From IMG/VR virus record IMGVR_UViG_3300021185_001360: a DNA stretch of 64,000 nt; one strand, 5' to 3'. Both the position numbers and the translations under genes were made by a program. Positions 38,206 through 47,080 of this stretch are shown here, piece after piece (within the stretch, counting starts at the first letter, position 1; each line of letters begins with the position of its first letter). The notes below the pieces were generated by a model. It was not told where the DNA came from, made no database searches, and was given only the letters and a program-made list of their open reading frames with translations. The DNA comes from an uncultured virus (IMG/VR IMGVR_UViG_3300021185_001360). Taxonomy: Duplodnaviria; Heunggongvirae; Uroviricota; Caudoviricetes.

Positions 38206-39881
38206 TACTTCTTTAGTGATTCCTCTAATACTTCTTCGTGGCTTTTGCCATCAAACAAAAACTTTCTATGCCAATCGTATGCATGTGGAGCCAAATCGCC
38301 TTGTGCCTTACTTAATTTCTTGCAATACTCGAACATTATATCTGCTTTGTCTAACAGTTCTTTCTTAGTATTTAGTTCAACTGAATCATCAAAACACCCC
38401 ATAGCAGTGGCTACATTCATCCACATATAATCAGGATATAAACTATTACCTATATGATTGTCAGGGTTTCTATACTCTTCCCAACATGCTTTGGCATGAT
38501 TGTGCTTCTTGCCATACTCTTTTTGTTTCTTCCAGAAATTAGTATCTTCTCTATTTGATAATGTATAATGATATGCAATAAAGTTTGCAGTATGGTCTTC
38601 TAATTTATTCATACTCTTATTATATGCATGTACACTTCCAGGTGATATAGTTTTATCCTCGTCCCATGCACGTTTTACTAATCTATCTAATATCTGTATG
38701 CCCCATTGTGTTATGTATAATGCATTACCTTCCATTGGTTCAATAAATGAATGACTCATTCCGATGCTTAGTACGTTTTTATTCCAAGGAGTAACCATAC
38801 GTCCTGCCTTCCATGAAATATGTTTTGGTGGTTTGATAAACTCATAACCTTCCCAATATTTCATAAACTTTGCTTTTGCATCTTCGACAGATATTTCAGT
38901 CTTATCAAAAATATAACCTGAACCCATTCTGTTATATAATGAAATAACAAAGTTCCAGCCTTCGTCTTGTGCATACGTTTGTGTATACGGTTTGAATTCG
39001 TTATATATGTCCTTGTACTTTAGTGGACCAACAATAGCATCTTGTGTATGAATAAAATCGTAATCATGCCATTCATTATTCATCCCATCCACTAATACTT
39101 TGTGGAAGCCTGAACAATCGATAAACAAATCACCTTCATGTTCTATGCCATCTTCCATTATTAGTTTTGTAATGTATCCATCCTCATCTTTAATGATATC
39201 TTTGACATCACCAATGGAATGATTAACCCCTTTTGGTATGGCAACTTTATCTCTAATGATTTCTGGAAATCTATTTGCATCTAAATGATATGTATATGCT
39301 GACCAGTCACCGACTAAGCAGTTATCATCCATATCAAATGGTGCCTTGTTACCTTTCATTAAATAATGTTGTTCATGCATATCCTCTGAAAGTTCATTAA
39401 TGTTTTTTCTACCATCACGTACTAATTGCAACCAATAGTCGTTCCACTTATCATTTACTCCGGCTTCGCCTTTAGAATTAGTAAAGTAATCATCTGTAGT
39501 AAGTTGTCCATAAAAACTTCTGGTTAGATGTTTCTCAGGTAGTGCGAATGAAAATGAATAGTATTGTACATCTTCCTTTGGTGCATTCCAATGGTCTGTT
39601 ACATGGTGTCGTTTACCTGGTGTACTCCAACCAACAAATTTGTTACCTAATTTATAAACTGAATTAGTATAACTCATCCAGTCTCTTTCCTCAAGACCCA
39701 TTGTTGATAATAAATCATTTACTTGAGGCACTACACTTTCACCTACACCTATTGTAGGAATGTTATCACTCTCAATTAAAGTAATGTCTAACCACGGGTG
39801 CTTATTTTTCATGTAACCTGCAGTGAACCAACCGTTTATTCCACCACCAACGATTACAAGTTTTTTTAGTTTGGCTTTCAT
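38205..39881 (-). CDS. Flavin-dependent tryptophan-halogenase-family protein
   Basis: VIVGGG.NGW, IGVGES, YKLG.KF.GW, FIDCSGF, FIEPMEG; WxWxIP motif altered to WNFVIS. Confidence 0.85.
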   Translation of the reverse strand: MKAKLKKLVIVGGGINGWFTAGYMKNKHPWLDITLIESDNIPTIGVGESVVPQVNDLLSTMGLEERDWMSYTNSVYKLGNKFVGWSTPGKRHHVTDHWNAPKEDVQYYSFSFALPEKHLTRSFYGQLTTDDYFTNSKGEAGVNDKWNDYWLQLVRDGRKNINELSEDMHEQHYLMKGNKAPFDMDDNCLVGDWSAYTYHLDANRFPEIIRDKVAIPKGVNHSIGDVKDIIKDEDGYITKLIMEDGIEHEGDLFIDCSGFHKVLVDGMNNEWHDYDFIHTQDAIVGPLKYKDIYNEFKPYTQTYAQDEGWNFVISLYNRMGSGYIFDKTEISVEDAKAKFMKYWEGYEFIKPPKHISWKAGRMVTPWNKNVLSIGMSHSFIEPMEGNALYITQWGIQILDRLVKRAWDEDKTISPGSVHAYNKSMNKLEDHTANFIAYHYTLSNREDTNFWKKQKEYGKKHNHAKACWEEYRNPDNHIGNSLYPDYMWMNVATAMGCFDDSVELNTKKELLDKADIMFEYCKKLSKAQGDLAPHAYDWHRKFLFDGKSHEEVLEESLKK

Positions 39882-39883
39882 TT

Positions 39884-41248
39884 TTACTCCACAAATTGTT
39901 CTTTGACTACGTGTCTCTGAACTTTGCCCATAGGATTTCTAGGTAGTGGATCTTTGGTAATAACAATTTCTTTAGGTAATTCATACTGAAATAATTTATC
40001 TTTAACAAAGTCCATCAACTCAAGACTATTTATCTCACTGTCCGCACTGACTACTGCAACAATTTCTTTTTCCCCTAGTCCTCTATCACGATATGTAACA
40101 CAAACTTCGTTAACCTCTTCATGAGGTAATAACATATTTTCAATTTTAATAGGCGATACATTGAAACTGTTTACTTTTATTAAATCTGTTTTACGTGATT
40201 TATAAAATAAAAGATTATGCTGAGTTTCTAATACATCACCAGTACACCAATAGCCATCATCATCTATAGGTGTTTCTTGATTCAGATATCCTTCTGTAAC
40301 ACAACTACCTTTAATCCAAGCAACACCATATCTATCTAATTTGAAATCATAGTTATCAGTAATATGAATTTGTAAAGGATGTGGATCATCTGGAGTTGCC
40401 AAGTGTGTAAACATTGGTACATGTGTTTCAGTACAGCCATACAAGTTTCTTAATGCAGGTGCACCTTTATCAAATAGTTCTTGTAGCATTTCTTCCGGAC
40501 AAACTGTACTACCAAAACCTAACTCACGCCAATGAGACAAGTCTGCGTCTTTCCAACCACGTGTCTTAGACAGGGCCAACATCATTGCAGGAACCATAAT
40601 ACCTATCGTAGGTTTCATTTCGTTACAAATCTTAATAAACTTTCTGGGATTAAACATTTCACAAATTACTGTACACCCTTTCATTAAACCAGGAAGTGTA
40701 TAAAGATACAGACCACCAATAGTCCAAGGAGGAAGTTGTGAGAGTATTACATCATCAGATGTTAAAGTTTGAATTAGAATGTTTTGTATTGAGCCTTGGA
40801 CACATGCCATTCTAGTATGTGGGACTGCCTTAGGCTCTCCTGTAGTACCGCTAGTAAATATAACAGTATATAAATCATCTGCACCTTTGGCAAATACTAA
40901 TCCTTTGTTATGAGGTTTTAGATTAGATGCATCATCCTCATTTAGAATAATATGATTTGGTTTACTGGCATTCTCAATACGAGATACCATACCTTCAGTT
41001 AGATTTGGCATAGTGGGCATGAATGTGACTCCTAACATATCACAAGCTAATACCATTCTTACATAATGATATTCTTTTTCACTTGAAAATAGTAGACGCT
41101 CACCAGGCCTGATGGCAGTAGACAACGTAGCACCTAGTTTTTCAACACTGGTGATTAGTTCGTTGTATGTATAACTCTTATCGTGGCAAATCAGGGCAGT
41201 CTTGCTACCGTGATTCTTTGCCTGTGCTTTTATTGTTTCCCAAATCAT
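39884..41248 (-). CDS. Adenylate-forming (ANL) acyl-CoA/acyl-ACP ligase
   Basis: FTSGTTGEPK, YGCTE, TGD, LPRNPMGKV. Confidence 0.92.
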   Translation of the reverse strand: MIWETIKAQAKNHGSKTALICHDKSYTYNELITSVEKLGATLSTAIRPGERLLFSSEKEYHYVRMVLACDMLGVTFMPTMPNLTEGMVSRIENASKPNHIILNEDDASNLKPHNKGLVFAKGADDLYTVIFTSGTTGEPKAVPHTRMACVQGSIQNILIQTLTSDDVILSQLPPWTIGGLYLYTLPGLMKGCTVICEMFNPRKFIKICNEMKPTIGIMVPAMMLALSKTRGWKDADLSHWRELGFGSTVCPEEMLQELFDKGAPALRNLYGCTETHVPMFTHLATPDDPHPLQIHITDNYDFKLDRYGVAWIKGSCVTEGYLNQETPIDDDGYWCTGDVLETQHNLLFYKSRKTDLIKVNSFNVSPIKIENMLLPHEEVNEVCVTYRDRGLGEKEIVAVVSADSEINSLELMDFVKDKLFQYELPKEIVITKDPLPRNPMGKVQRHVVKEQFVE

Positions 41249-41253
41249 ATCTA

Positions 41254-41282
41254 ATTATAACAAAAAAAGGGAGAGAAGTCAA
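41254..41282 (-). promoter_or_regulatory. sigma70-type promoter, likely leaderless transcript for the lipid operon
   Basis: TTGACT-17nt-TATAAT, 5 nt before the ligase ATG. Confidence 0.7.
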
Positions 41283-41296
41283 CACCTCTCTCCCTT
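41262..41296 (-). terminator. Intrinsic terminator after MoxR
   Basis: 10-bp stem AAGGGAGAGA/TCTCTCCCTT plus U-tract. Confidence 0.75.
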
Positions 41297-41319
41297 AAAA
41301 CGCAATAAAGTGTCTGCTC

Positions 41320-42474
41320 TTATGCGTTATGAGCCTCGATAATTAGCTTACCGTATTTCTTAAAGAACTCCTCGATACAAGGAACCTTCCTAGGCTCAAG
41401 TGGAAGTTTGTAAACTTTTAGTGCAGTACGACCACCTAGAACAATCATTTCAGTTTCAAAGTTATCCATCATGAACCTGAAAAAGTTATCAGCCATTTTG
41501 TACAACTCATCCATTTTGCCTTTGTTTTTCTCTGCATGTTCTTTCAACTCATAACATAGTGAAGCAGTTAGTGAGAACATAGCTGAGATTTCCTTAGCTT
41601 CCCTAGACACCGTTTTTACCTTACCATTTAAGATATCAGTTGGATTAGGAAGTTTACCAGAAATTGCTCGGTGAGCCATAAACTTAGTAGCAACACCATC
41701 ACCAACAGTACCAGCAATTAAGTCATGCAGTTTACTATCATCGATATTTTCATCTTTCATTGGCATCAACTGTGATGCAAAAGTCCATGAACGAGGAGTT
41801 GCGAAAGCCCGTGATGCAGTTCGTGGGTCAAAGTTAAACAAGTCCATCTTATTAGATGTTAAGTAACCAACAACATCAGAATGGATTTTGTTTTCAAGAG
41901 CCCAAGTCTGCCAATCTTCAAAGTCAACACCCATTTCTAAGTGAACGAAACGGTTAGCAAGTGGGCTTGGCATACGATAAGCAACACCTCTATCACTCTC
42001 ACGGTTACCAGCGGCAACAATAAGAACATTATCAGGTAGAGTGTAATTACCTAGACGCCTGTTAAGAATAAGTTGATAAGCCGCCGCTTGTACTGATTGC
42101 GGTGCTTGGTTCATTTCATCTAAAAACAATACAATGTTTTCAAACTGGTCAGCAAGTTCCTGACTAGGCAAATCAGACGGTGTCGCCCAATCCATAGTAT
42201 TTGTTTTCTCATTATAGTATGGGATACCTCGTAAATCAGTAGGTTCCATAAGAGCAAGTCGTAAGTCAATCATATAACCTGAACGCTCTTGTGTGATTGA
42301 ATCAACAATCTCAGATTTACCTACTCCCGGAGGACCCCAAATAAAGACGGGTCGTTGACGATTAAAAGCATAATTAATTTCAGCTTTAATATCACTCGGA
42401 CGTACAATTCGTACATCCATATCATTCATTGAAACTTGTGCAGACATATTTTCATTTCCTTTGTTTTGTATCAT
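41320..42474 (-). CDS. MoxR-like AAA+ ATPase
   Basis: GPPGVGKS Walker A, LFLDE Walker B, AAGN, PLANRF; start may be 42447. Confidence 0.9.
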   Translation of the reverse strand: MIQNKGNENMSAQVSMNDMDVRIVRPSDIKAEINYAFNRQRPVFIWGPPGVGKSEIVDSITQERSGYMIDLRLALMEPTDLRGIPYYNEKTNTMDWATPSDLPSQELADQFENIVLFLDEMNQAPQSVQAAAYQLILNRRLGNYTLPDNVLIVAAGNRESDRGVAYRMPSPLANRFVHLEMGVDFEDWQTWALENKIHSDVVGYLTSNKMDLFNFDPRTASRAFATPRSWTFASQLMPMKDENIDDSKLHDLIAGTVGDGVATKFMAHRAISGKLPNPTDILNGKVKTVSREAKEISAMFSLTASLCYELKEHAEKNKGKMDELYKMADNFFRFMMDNFETEMIVLGGRTALKVYKLPLEPRKVPCIEEFFKKYGKLIIEAHNA

Positions 42475-42481
42475 TAACTAT

Positions 42482-42509
42482 ATAATAGCACGATTCGTGA
42501 TTCTGTCAA
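42482..42509 (-). promoter_or_regulatory. sigma70-type early promoter with two GAATC sites
   Basis: TTGACA-16nt(GAATCacGAATCgtgc)-TATTAT. Confidence 0.75.
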
Positions 42510-42538
42510 GTTTTTTGACCTAAATAAATGAAGTTTTT

Positions 42539-42928
42539 TTAAATTATATTGGAAATGCCATATATGGTGTGTTTTTGCTCAACCCAGTCTTGTAATCCAA
42601 GTAAGGATATCTCTGCGGCTATGCTTTCTTCAAACACTCGTAATCTATGGTTAGTAAGGATATATGGACTGTTAAGGTATCGGTCTAAGACGAGAATCAT
42701 CTTACCCGTTTGGTCAATCTTAAGATTGATACCAACTGAATTAGTATTTTTGATTACGTACTCTTTGAAATGTGACTTTAGTATACCAGCACCAAATGAT
42801 GTTAATCTAAAGTTCTTATCATTTTCAGAAGAACTAATGAAAATATCATTTGTACGAAACTCTTTACGGCCTGCTTTTCGACCTTTAGTGTTATCATTCA
42901 GATACTTTATTAGTTCATCTTTTAACAT
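42539..42928 (-). CDS. Hypothetical protein, 129 aa
   Basis: ORF in operon order. Confidence 0.7.
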   Translation of the reverse strand: MLKDELIKYLNDNTKGRKAGRKEFRTNDIFISSSENDKNFRLTSFGAGILKSHFKEYVIKNTNSVGINLKIDQTGKMILVLDRYLNSPYILTNHRLRVFEESIAAEISLLGLQDWVEQKHTIYGISNII

Positions 42929-42935
42929 TTAACAT

Positions 42936-43226
42936 TTAGTCTAACTCAAGTTTTTCGCCCTTAGTCAAGACAAAAACTTCAAAATCATCGCAACGAAATA
43001 AACTGTTTAGTCTCTGTGCCAGATTGATAGCATGTCCTGGATTAGAGAACGATACTTTTTTATATTTTGGTCCTGGGAAATTAACTAATGAGTTCAAGCT
43101 ACGTAGATTTATTGCTACTCCTTTGTGGAATACCGCATACACGGCATCTGCTTTTAGGACTTGCTCACTACGATATGTTTTGTTATCCGTATGCTCAAGT
43201 AGAATTGTAGGTTTAGGTCTTGCCAT
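42936..43226 (-). CDS. Hypothetical phage protein, 96 aa
   Basis: AAGGA RBS; upstream ATAAATA boxes at 43256-43262 and 43295-43301. Confidence 0.8.
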   Translation of the reverse strand: MARPKPTILLEHTDNKTYRSEQVLKADAVYAVFHKGVAINLRSLNSLVNFPGPKYKKVSFSNPGHAINLAQRLNSLFRCDDFEVFVLTKGEKLELD

Positions 43227-43304
43227 ATGAAATCCTTGTTAATTATTACTACATGTATTTATCAAAATCTCTGAATATATATACGTAGTTAATGTATTTA
43301 TACG

Positions 43305-44576
43305 TTACTTGCCTCGTGGTGTGTTCCTTTGGTCAAGCCAGCCTTGCAATTCTACTCTGTCTTTTTCAGTAAGTATAAAACTAAATTCAAGTTCTTCGTA
43401 CCCAGTAAATTCATCACCACGCTTAACTTTAAGTGTCATTGTTTCACCCGGAAACGAATGCAGACCTTCTTGCATAATATTCATGGGTCCGTATACTTTT
43501 TTACCATTTATCTCTAAAAAGAAATCACCAGTACGCAATCCAGCTTCATAGGCTGATGAATCTTCATTATCATCCATGAATGCATACATCATATGCCTGT
43601 CCTCTCTAGGCAAATCTAACATTTCCATTTCTTTTAATTCTTCATATGTATATATTTTAAATGTAAAAGGAAGTTCGGCATATGGTACCCAATCAACTAC
43701 GTCTGAAACATGAGTTTCTAAAATGTAATTCATTGCACGTTGGGCAATCTCAGATTGAACAGCTAATCCAACACCATCCCATCCTGGTATTGCTCTACCT
43801 GGTGACAAAATACTTAGTATAACACCTGCAACTTTGCCGTCTGTAGTTATAACAGGACCTCCACTATTGCCTTGATTGACAACTGCATCTACTTGTAGAT
43901 GTAATGTATAAGGACCAGTACCAAATCTATTTACATATGTAATTGCACCTACACTCGCAGTATATGGTAAAGACATTCCATGACCAATGACAACAACTGG
44001 ATCACCTTCTGTTATATCTTTTCTGGAATCTTCTATAAATTCTAATGCTTCCCATTCTTCATTATCTTTCTTTTCAATTTTAATAACTGCAATATCGGCA
44101 ACTGGATCAAACCCAATGATTTCACCGTCATACGGCCACCATTCAGTTGCAGTGTTTATTTGAAGTTTAAGATTTAATGGAAGTTCTGATTTGCGTTCTA
44201 TAACATGATAGTTTGTTACAATGTAAGCATGTTTATCTGTTACTTTGGCAAAGAAGCCCGTGCCCTGCCCGCCTAGATTTTGCACAAATGCATTATCTGA
44301 TGGCATGAGTTTTACCTGTACGATACTCTTATAGCTACGGTTGATTGCGTGTTTAATGTCACGTTCACCATCGAATCCCTTGCCATTAAATACGACACCA
44401 TTAAGGTCATACAGAAAATCACCTGTATCTCGTCCAAACTGGTCGTATGACCAGCCTATTCCTTTATGTATGGATTCTTGTATCTCTCTTACATATGAAT
44501 TAGTAACAAATGAAAACACCACTGCCACTAATAATAACCCTGACCACTTTAACAACTTCTTCATCATTAGAATCAT
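43305..44576 (-). CDS. HtrA/DegP-like serine protease with PDZ domain and N-terminal membrane anchor
   Basis: TNYHV, DIAV, GNSGGP triad motifs; AGLRTGD..LEING PDZ. Confidence 0.9.
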   Translation of the reverse strand: MILMMKKLLKWSGLLLVAVVFSFVTNSYVREIQESIHKGIGWSYDQFGRDTGDFLYDLNGVVFNGKGFDGERDIKHAINRSYKSIVQVKLMPSDNAFVQNLGGQGTGFFAKVTDKHAYIVTNYHVIERKSELPLNLKLQINTATEWWPYDGEIIGFDPVADIAVIKIEKKDNEEWEALEFIEDSRKDITEGDPVVVIGHGMSLPYTASVGAITYVNRFGTGPYTLHLQVDAVVNQGNSGGPVITTDGKVAGVILSILSPGRAIPGWDGVGLAVQSEIAQRAMNYILETHVSDVVDWVPYAELPFTFKIYTYEELKEMEMLDLPREDRHMMYAFMDDNEDSSAYEAGLRTGDFFLEINGKKVYGPMNIMQEGLHSFPGETMTLKVKRGDEFTGYEELEFSFILTEKDRVELQGWLDQRNTPRGK

Positions 44577-44591
44577 AAAGATTCTCCTTTA

Positions 44592-44780
44592 TTATGATTG
44601 GAATTGTCCTCCGTCTAGTGTTATGTTCTTATCCTTATCACTCTCTTTTAATTCTAGTAGAAGTTGTGCTAACTCACTTTCAACGCCGTTTGCAATGTCT
44701 ATTGACAAACGAATACTTGTCTCGCCTCGTAAATTTGCCCTATTTACAATAGCAATGAAATCTTTTAAGTTTTTATACAT
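44592..44780 (-). CDS. Hypothetical protein, 62 aa
   Basis: Coupled ORF. Confidence 0.65.
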   Translation of the reverse strand: MYKNLKDFIAIVNRANLRGETSIRLSIDIANGVESELAQLLLELKESDKDKNITLDGGQFQS

Positions 44781-45274
44781 TAATCTTGTTTACTAGCCTT
44801 TAGTACCTCTGCCTCAAGTTCTGATTTGGTCTTGAACGGACCGACGAATTCATAATTATCCAATGTTTCTAGTTTGACACAGTAAGTATTTCTCCATACT
44901 CCGCTAAAATGTAATCCATAATAACCAGCCGCATAAAATGTCTTACTAGTGTCACTTTTTGTATACACAGGTATCTGTTTTCCTTGAACAGTTTGCATAC
45001 CTGAGTTACATGCCTTGTGTTTACACGGATAACCTTCAACTTCGTCTAGTGCCTTTCCGTACTCTACACTTTCAATCTTCTTAACAAGTTTTGGTGTGAG
45101 GATAGTTTTGCCATATTTTGTAGTTAGAGCATCGAGGTCTAGGTAGTCAACACCTTTGTTCCTCGTGATTACTTCAAAGTTAGCATCACTGTCCCCTTTC
45201 CTAATAGTGCCAAGTTTAACACCAGCATCTTCTAGGATCCAAAACTTATCTTTTATAATTTCTGTTGTATACAT
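44780..45274 (-). CDS. Hypothetical protein, 164 aa
   Basis: ORF downstream of ATAAATA (45324-45330) and hairpin 45292-45323. Confidence 0.75.
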   Translation of the reverse strand: MYTTEIIKDKFWILEDAGVKLGTIRKGDSDANFEVITRNKGVDYLDLDALTTKYGKTILTPKLVKKIESVEYGKALDEVEGYPCKHKACNSGMQTVQGKQIPVYTKSDTSKTFYAAGYYGLHFSGVWRNTYCVKLETLDNYEFVGPFKTKSELEAEVLKASKQD

Positions 45275-45350
45275 ATAATACCCATTGAAACCATTTGTAC
45301 AAAGAGTTAACTTCGTACAAATGTATTTATCCTTTTCGTCTGTTCATTTT

Positions 45351-46322
45351 TTATTTTTCGTTGATTTGACGTTCAAATTCTCTTAAACGTTTGAATACAC
45401 TCATTAACTCAATAAGTGTTGGCCATGCTTTAAATAGATATTGAAGTGAGCCTTCTACTCTACCAAATGCACGAATAATCTGTTGCATTACACCAAGTGT
45501 TACAACGCCTGCTACAATAGCCGGTGCTAAGAACACATAAGCACTTAGTACGTTTGCTTGTAAGTATGTAATACGTCCTACATTAAAATACAAATAACGC
45601 AAGTAAGATTTAAAGTGAATACTACGAACGCCATCAAACAATTCGTTAATAGTCTTTGGTCTCACAGTTTCATCATCTTCTGCAATAACTAATATCTTTC
45701 GATATGCGGCTTCTTTCTTTTGTAAGTCATATTCAACTCCTACTAATCGTAGTAACCAACCTAGTCCAATTAAGAATAGTGTACCACCTACTGACCAAAC
45801 AATAGCACCTGTAATCAATCCATATTGCCAATCTCCAAAGAAGAAGATAGGAATACCTACTGATAAACCAAATAGAATAGGAACGAACTGAACTAGAACC
45901 ATAATCGATTCAATAAAACTTGTACCTAGTCCTTCCATAATACGACTAAACTTAATAGTATCTTCTTGTACCCTTTGTGCGGCACCTTCAATAGTTCTTG
46001 CTTTATCATATACTGAATGATACCATTCAACCATTGCCGTACGCCATCTAAACAAATAGTGTGCTGTAAAGTAACTTACTAGCACTGCAATAGCAACATA
46101 TATCATTGCTAGATAGATAAACGTTCCTAAGCTGGCCCAATATTCACCTATAGTGATTGCATTAGGTGTTGCTAAAGCCGTTTGAATCATATCATAAAAC
46201 TGACCAAACCATTCGTTAATCTTAACATCAATCTCAACTTGTATCCAGAGTGATGATAAGATTAATGCTGACCCTAACCAGGCCCATAAGGACCATTTCT
46301 TTTCTGTAAAAAATCTAAACAT
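45351..46322 (-). CDS. sbmA: SbmA/BacA-family peptide transporter
   Basis: Multi-TM; INEW...FYDMIQ, FRWR.AM, IEGAAQRVQEDT, EAAYRK.LV.AED, AF.RV.GS.QY. Confidence 0.85.
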   Translation of the reverse strand: MFRFFTEKKWSLWAWLGSALILSSLWIQVEIDVKINEWFGQFYDMIQTALATPNAITIGEYWASLGTFIYLAMIYVAIAVLVSYFTAHYLFRWRTAMVEWYHSVYDKARTIEGAAQRVQEDTIKFSRIMEGLGTSFIESIMVLVQFVPILFGLSVGIPIFFFGDWQYGLITGAIVWSVGGTLFLIGLGWLLRLVGVEYDLQKKEAAYRKILVIAEDDETVRPKTINELFDGVRSIHFKSYLRYLYFNVGRITYLQANVLSAYVFLAPAIVAGVVTLGVMQQIIRAFGRVEGSLQYLFKAWPTLIELMSVFKRLREFERQINEK

Positions 46323-47076
46323 TTTCTTTTCCTTTTAATATTTCCCAAGTATCTTTATAGCTTTCTACTTGATAACTCTTTCCATTTACCAATAGCTTCA
46401 CTGCTTCTGATATATCATAATCGTTACCACCATGCATAGTCTTATCACCTATAAAGATAATTTCATCTAAATCATTAAAATCTTTAATGATTTGCTGTTT
46501 TCCTTTACCTACTGGCATAATATCTAGCCCTGTCTCACCGGCTACTTGGGCTACTACTTTCTCTGAAACCATAAAATTATCGTTGAATTTCTTTGCGATA
46601 GTCCAACGTTCTTTTGTTTCAGTGTCATACTTTACGTATTCTTCTCTTTGTTCCGTTGTTGCACCCCTGCCAACAACACTAAAATTCATTAGACCTGGCC
46701 TTGCATCAAAATGATTACCAGTTCTAGTAGTAAATTCACTTTGGAATAACTCTCTATCCAAAAACAACTGAGGTACTTTTGCTAATACCCAATCGTTGTT
46801 ATATATGTTGATGCCGTTTTCCCATACTGAATTACCGCTACAATTATATACTCTTTCTACTGAGTTAAATAAGTCTTGTCCTATTTGTTCAATAGTTTTT
46901 GGTGCATCACTTCCTGTGGCTAAGTATACTTTATTTTCTTTTATGAATTCATTGAAAAATTCTAGGAACTCTGGATCTATTTTACCCCTACTTGGTGTTA
47001 AGGTTCCATCAACATCAAATATGTATTTGCGGTTCATGTTCTTGAATGCCTCAATATCTTCATTAGTTATATTCAT
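46315..47076 (-). CDS. HAD IIB phosphomannomutase-like enzyme (eukaryotic PMM-type)
   Basis: FDVDGTLT..R, TGSD, R.G.MNFS..GR, GDK...GGNDY. Confidence 0.75.
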   Translation of the reverse strand: MNITNEDIEAFKNMNRKYIFDVDGTLTPSRGKIDPEFLEFFNEFIKENKVYLATGSDAPKTIEQIGQDLFNSVERVYNCSGNSVWENGINIYNNDWVLAKVPQLFLDRELFQSEFTTRTGNHFDARPGLMNFSVVGRGATTEQREEYVKYDTETKERWTIAKKFNDNFMVSEKVVAQVAGETGLDIMPVGKGKQQIIKDFNDLDEIIFIGDKTMHGGNDYDISEAVKLLVNGKSYQVESYKDTWEILKGKENV

Positions 47077-47080
47077 TATA

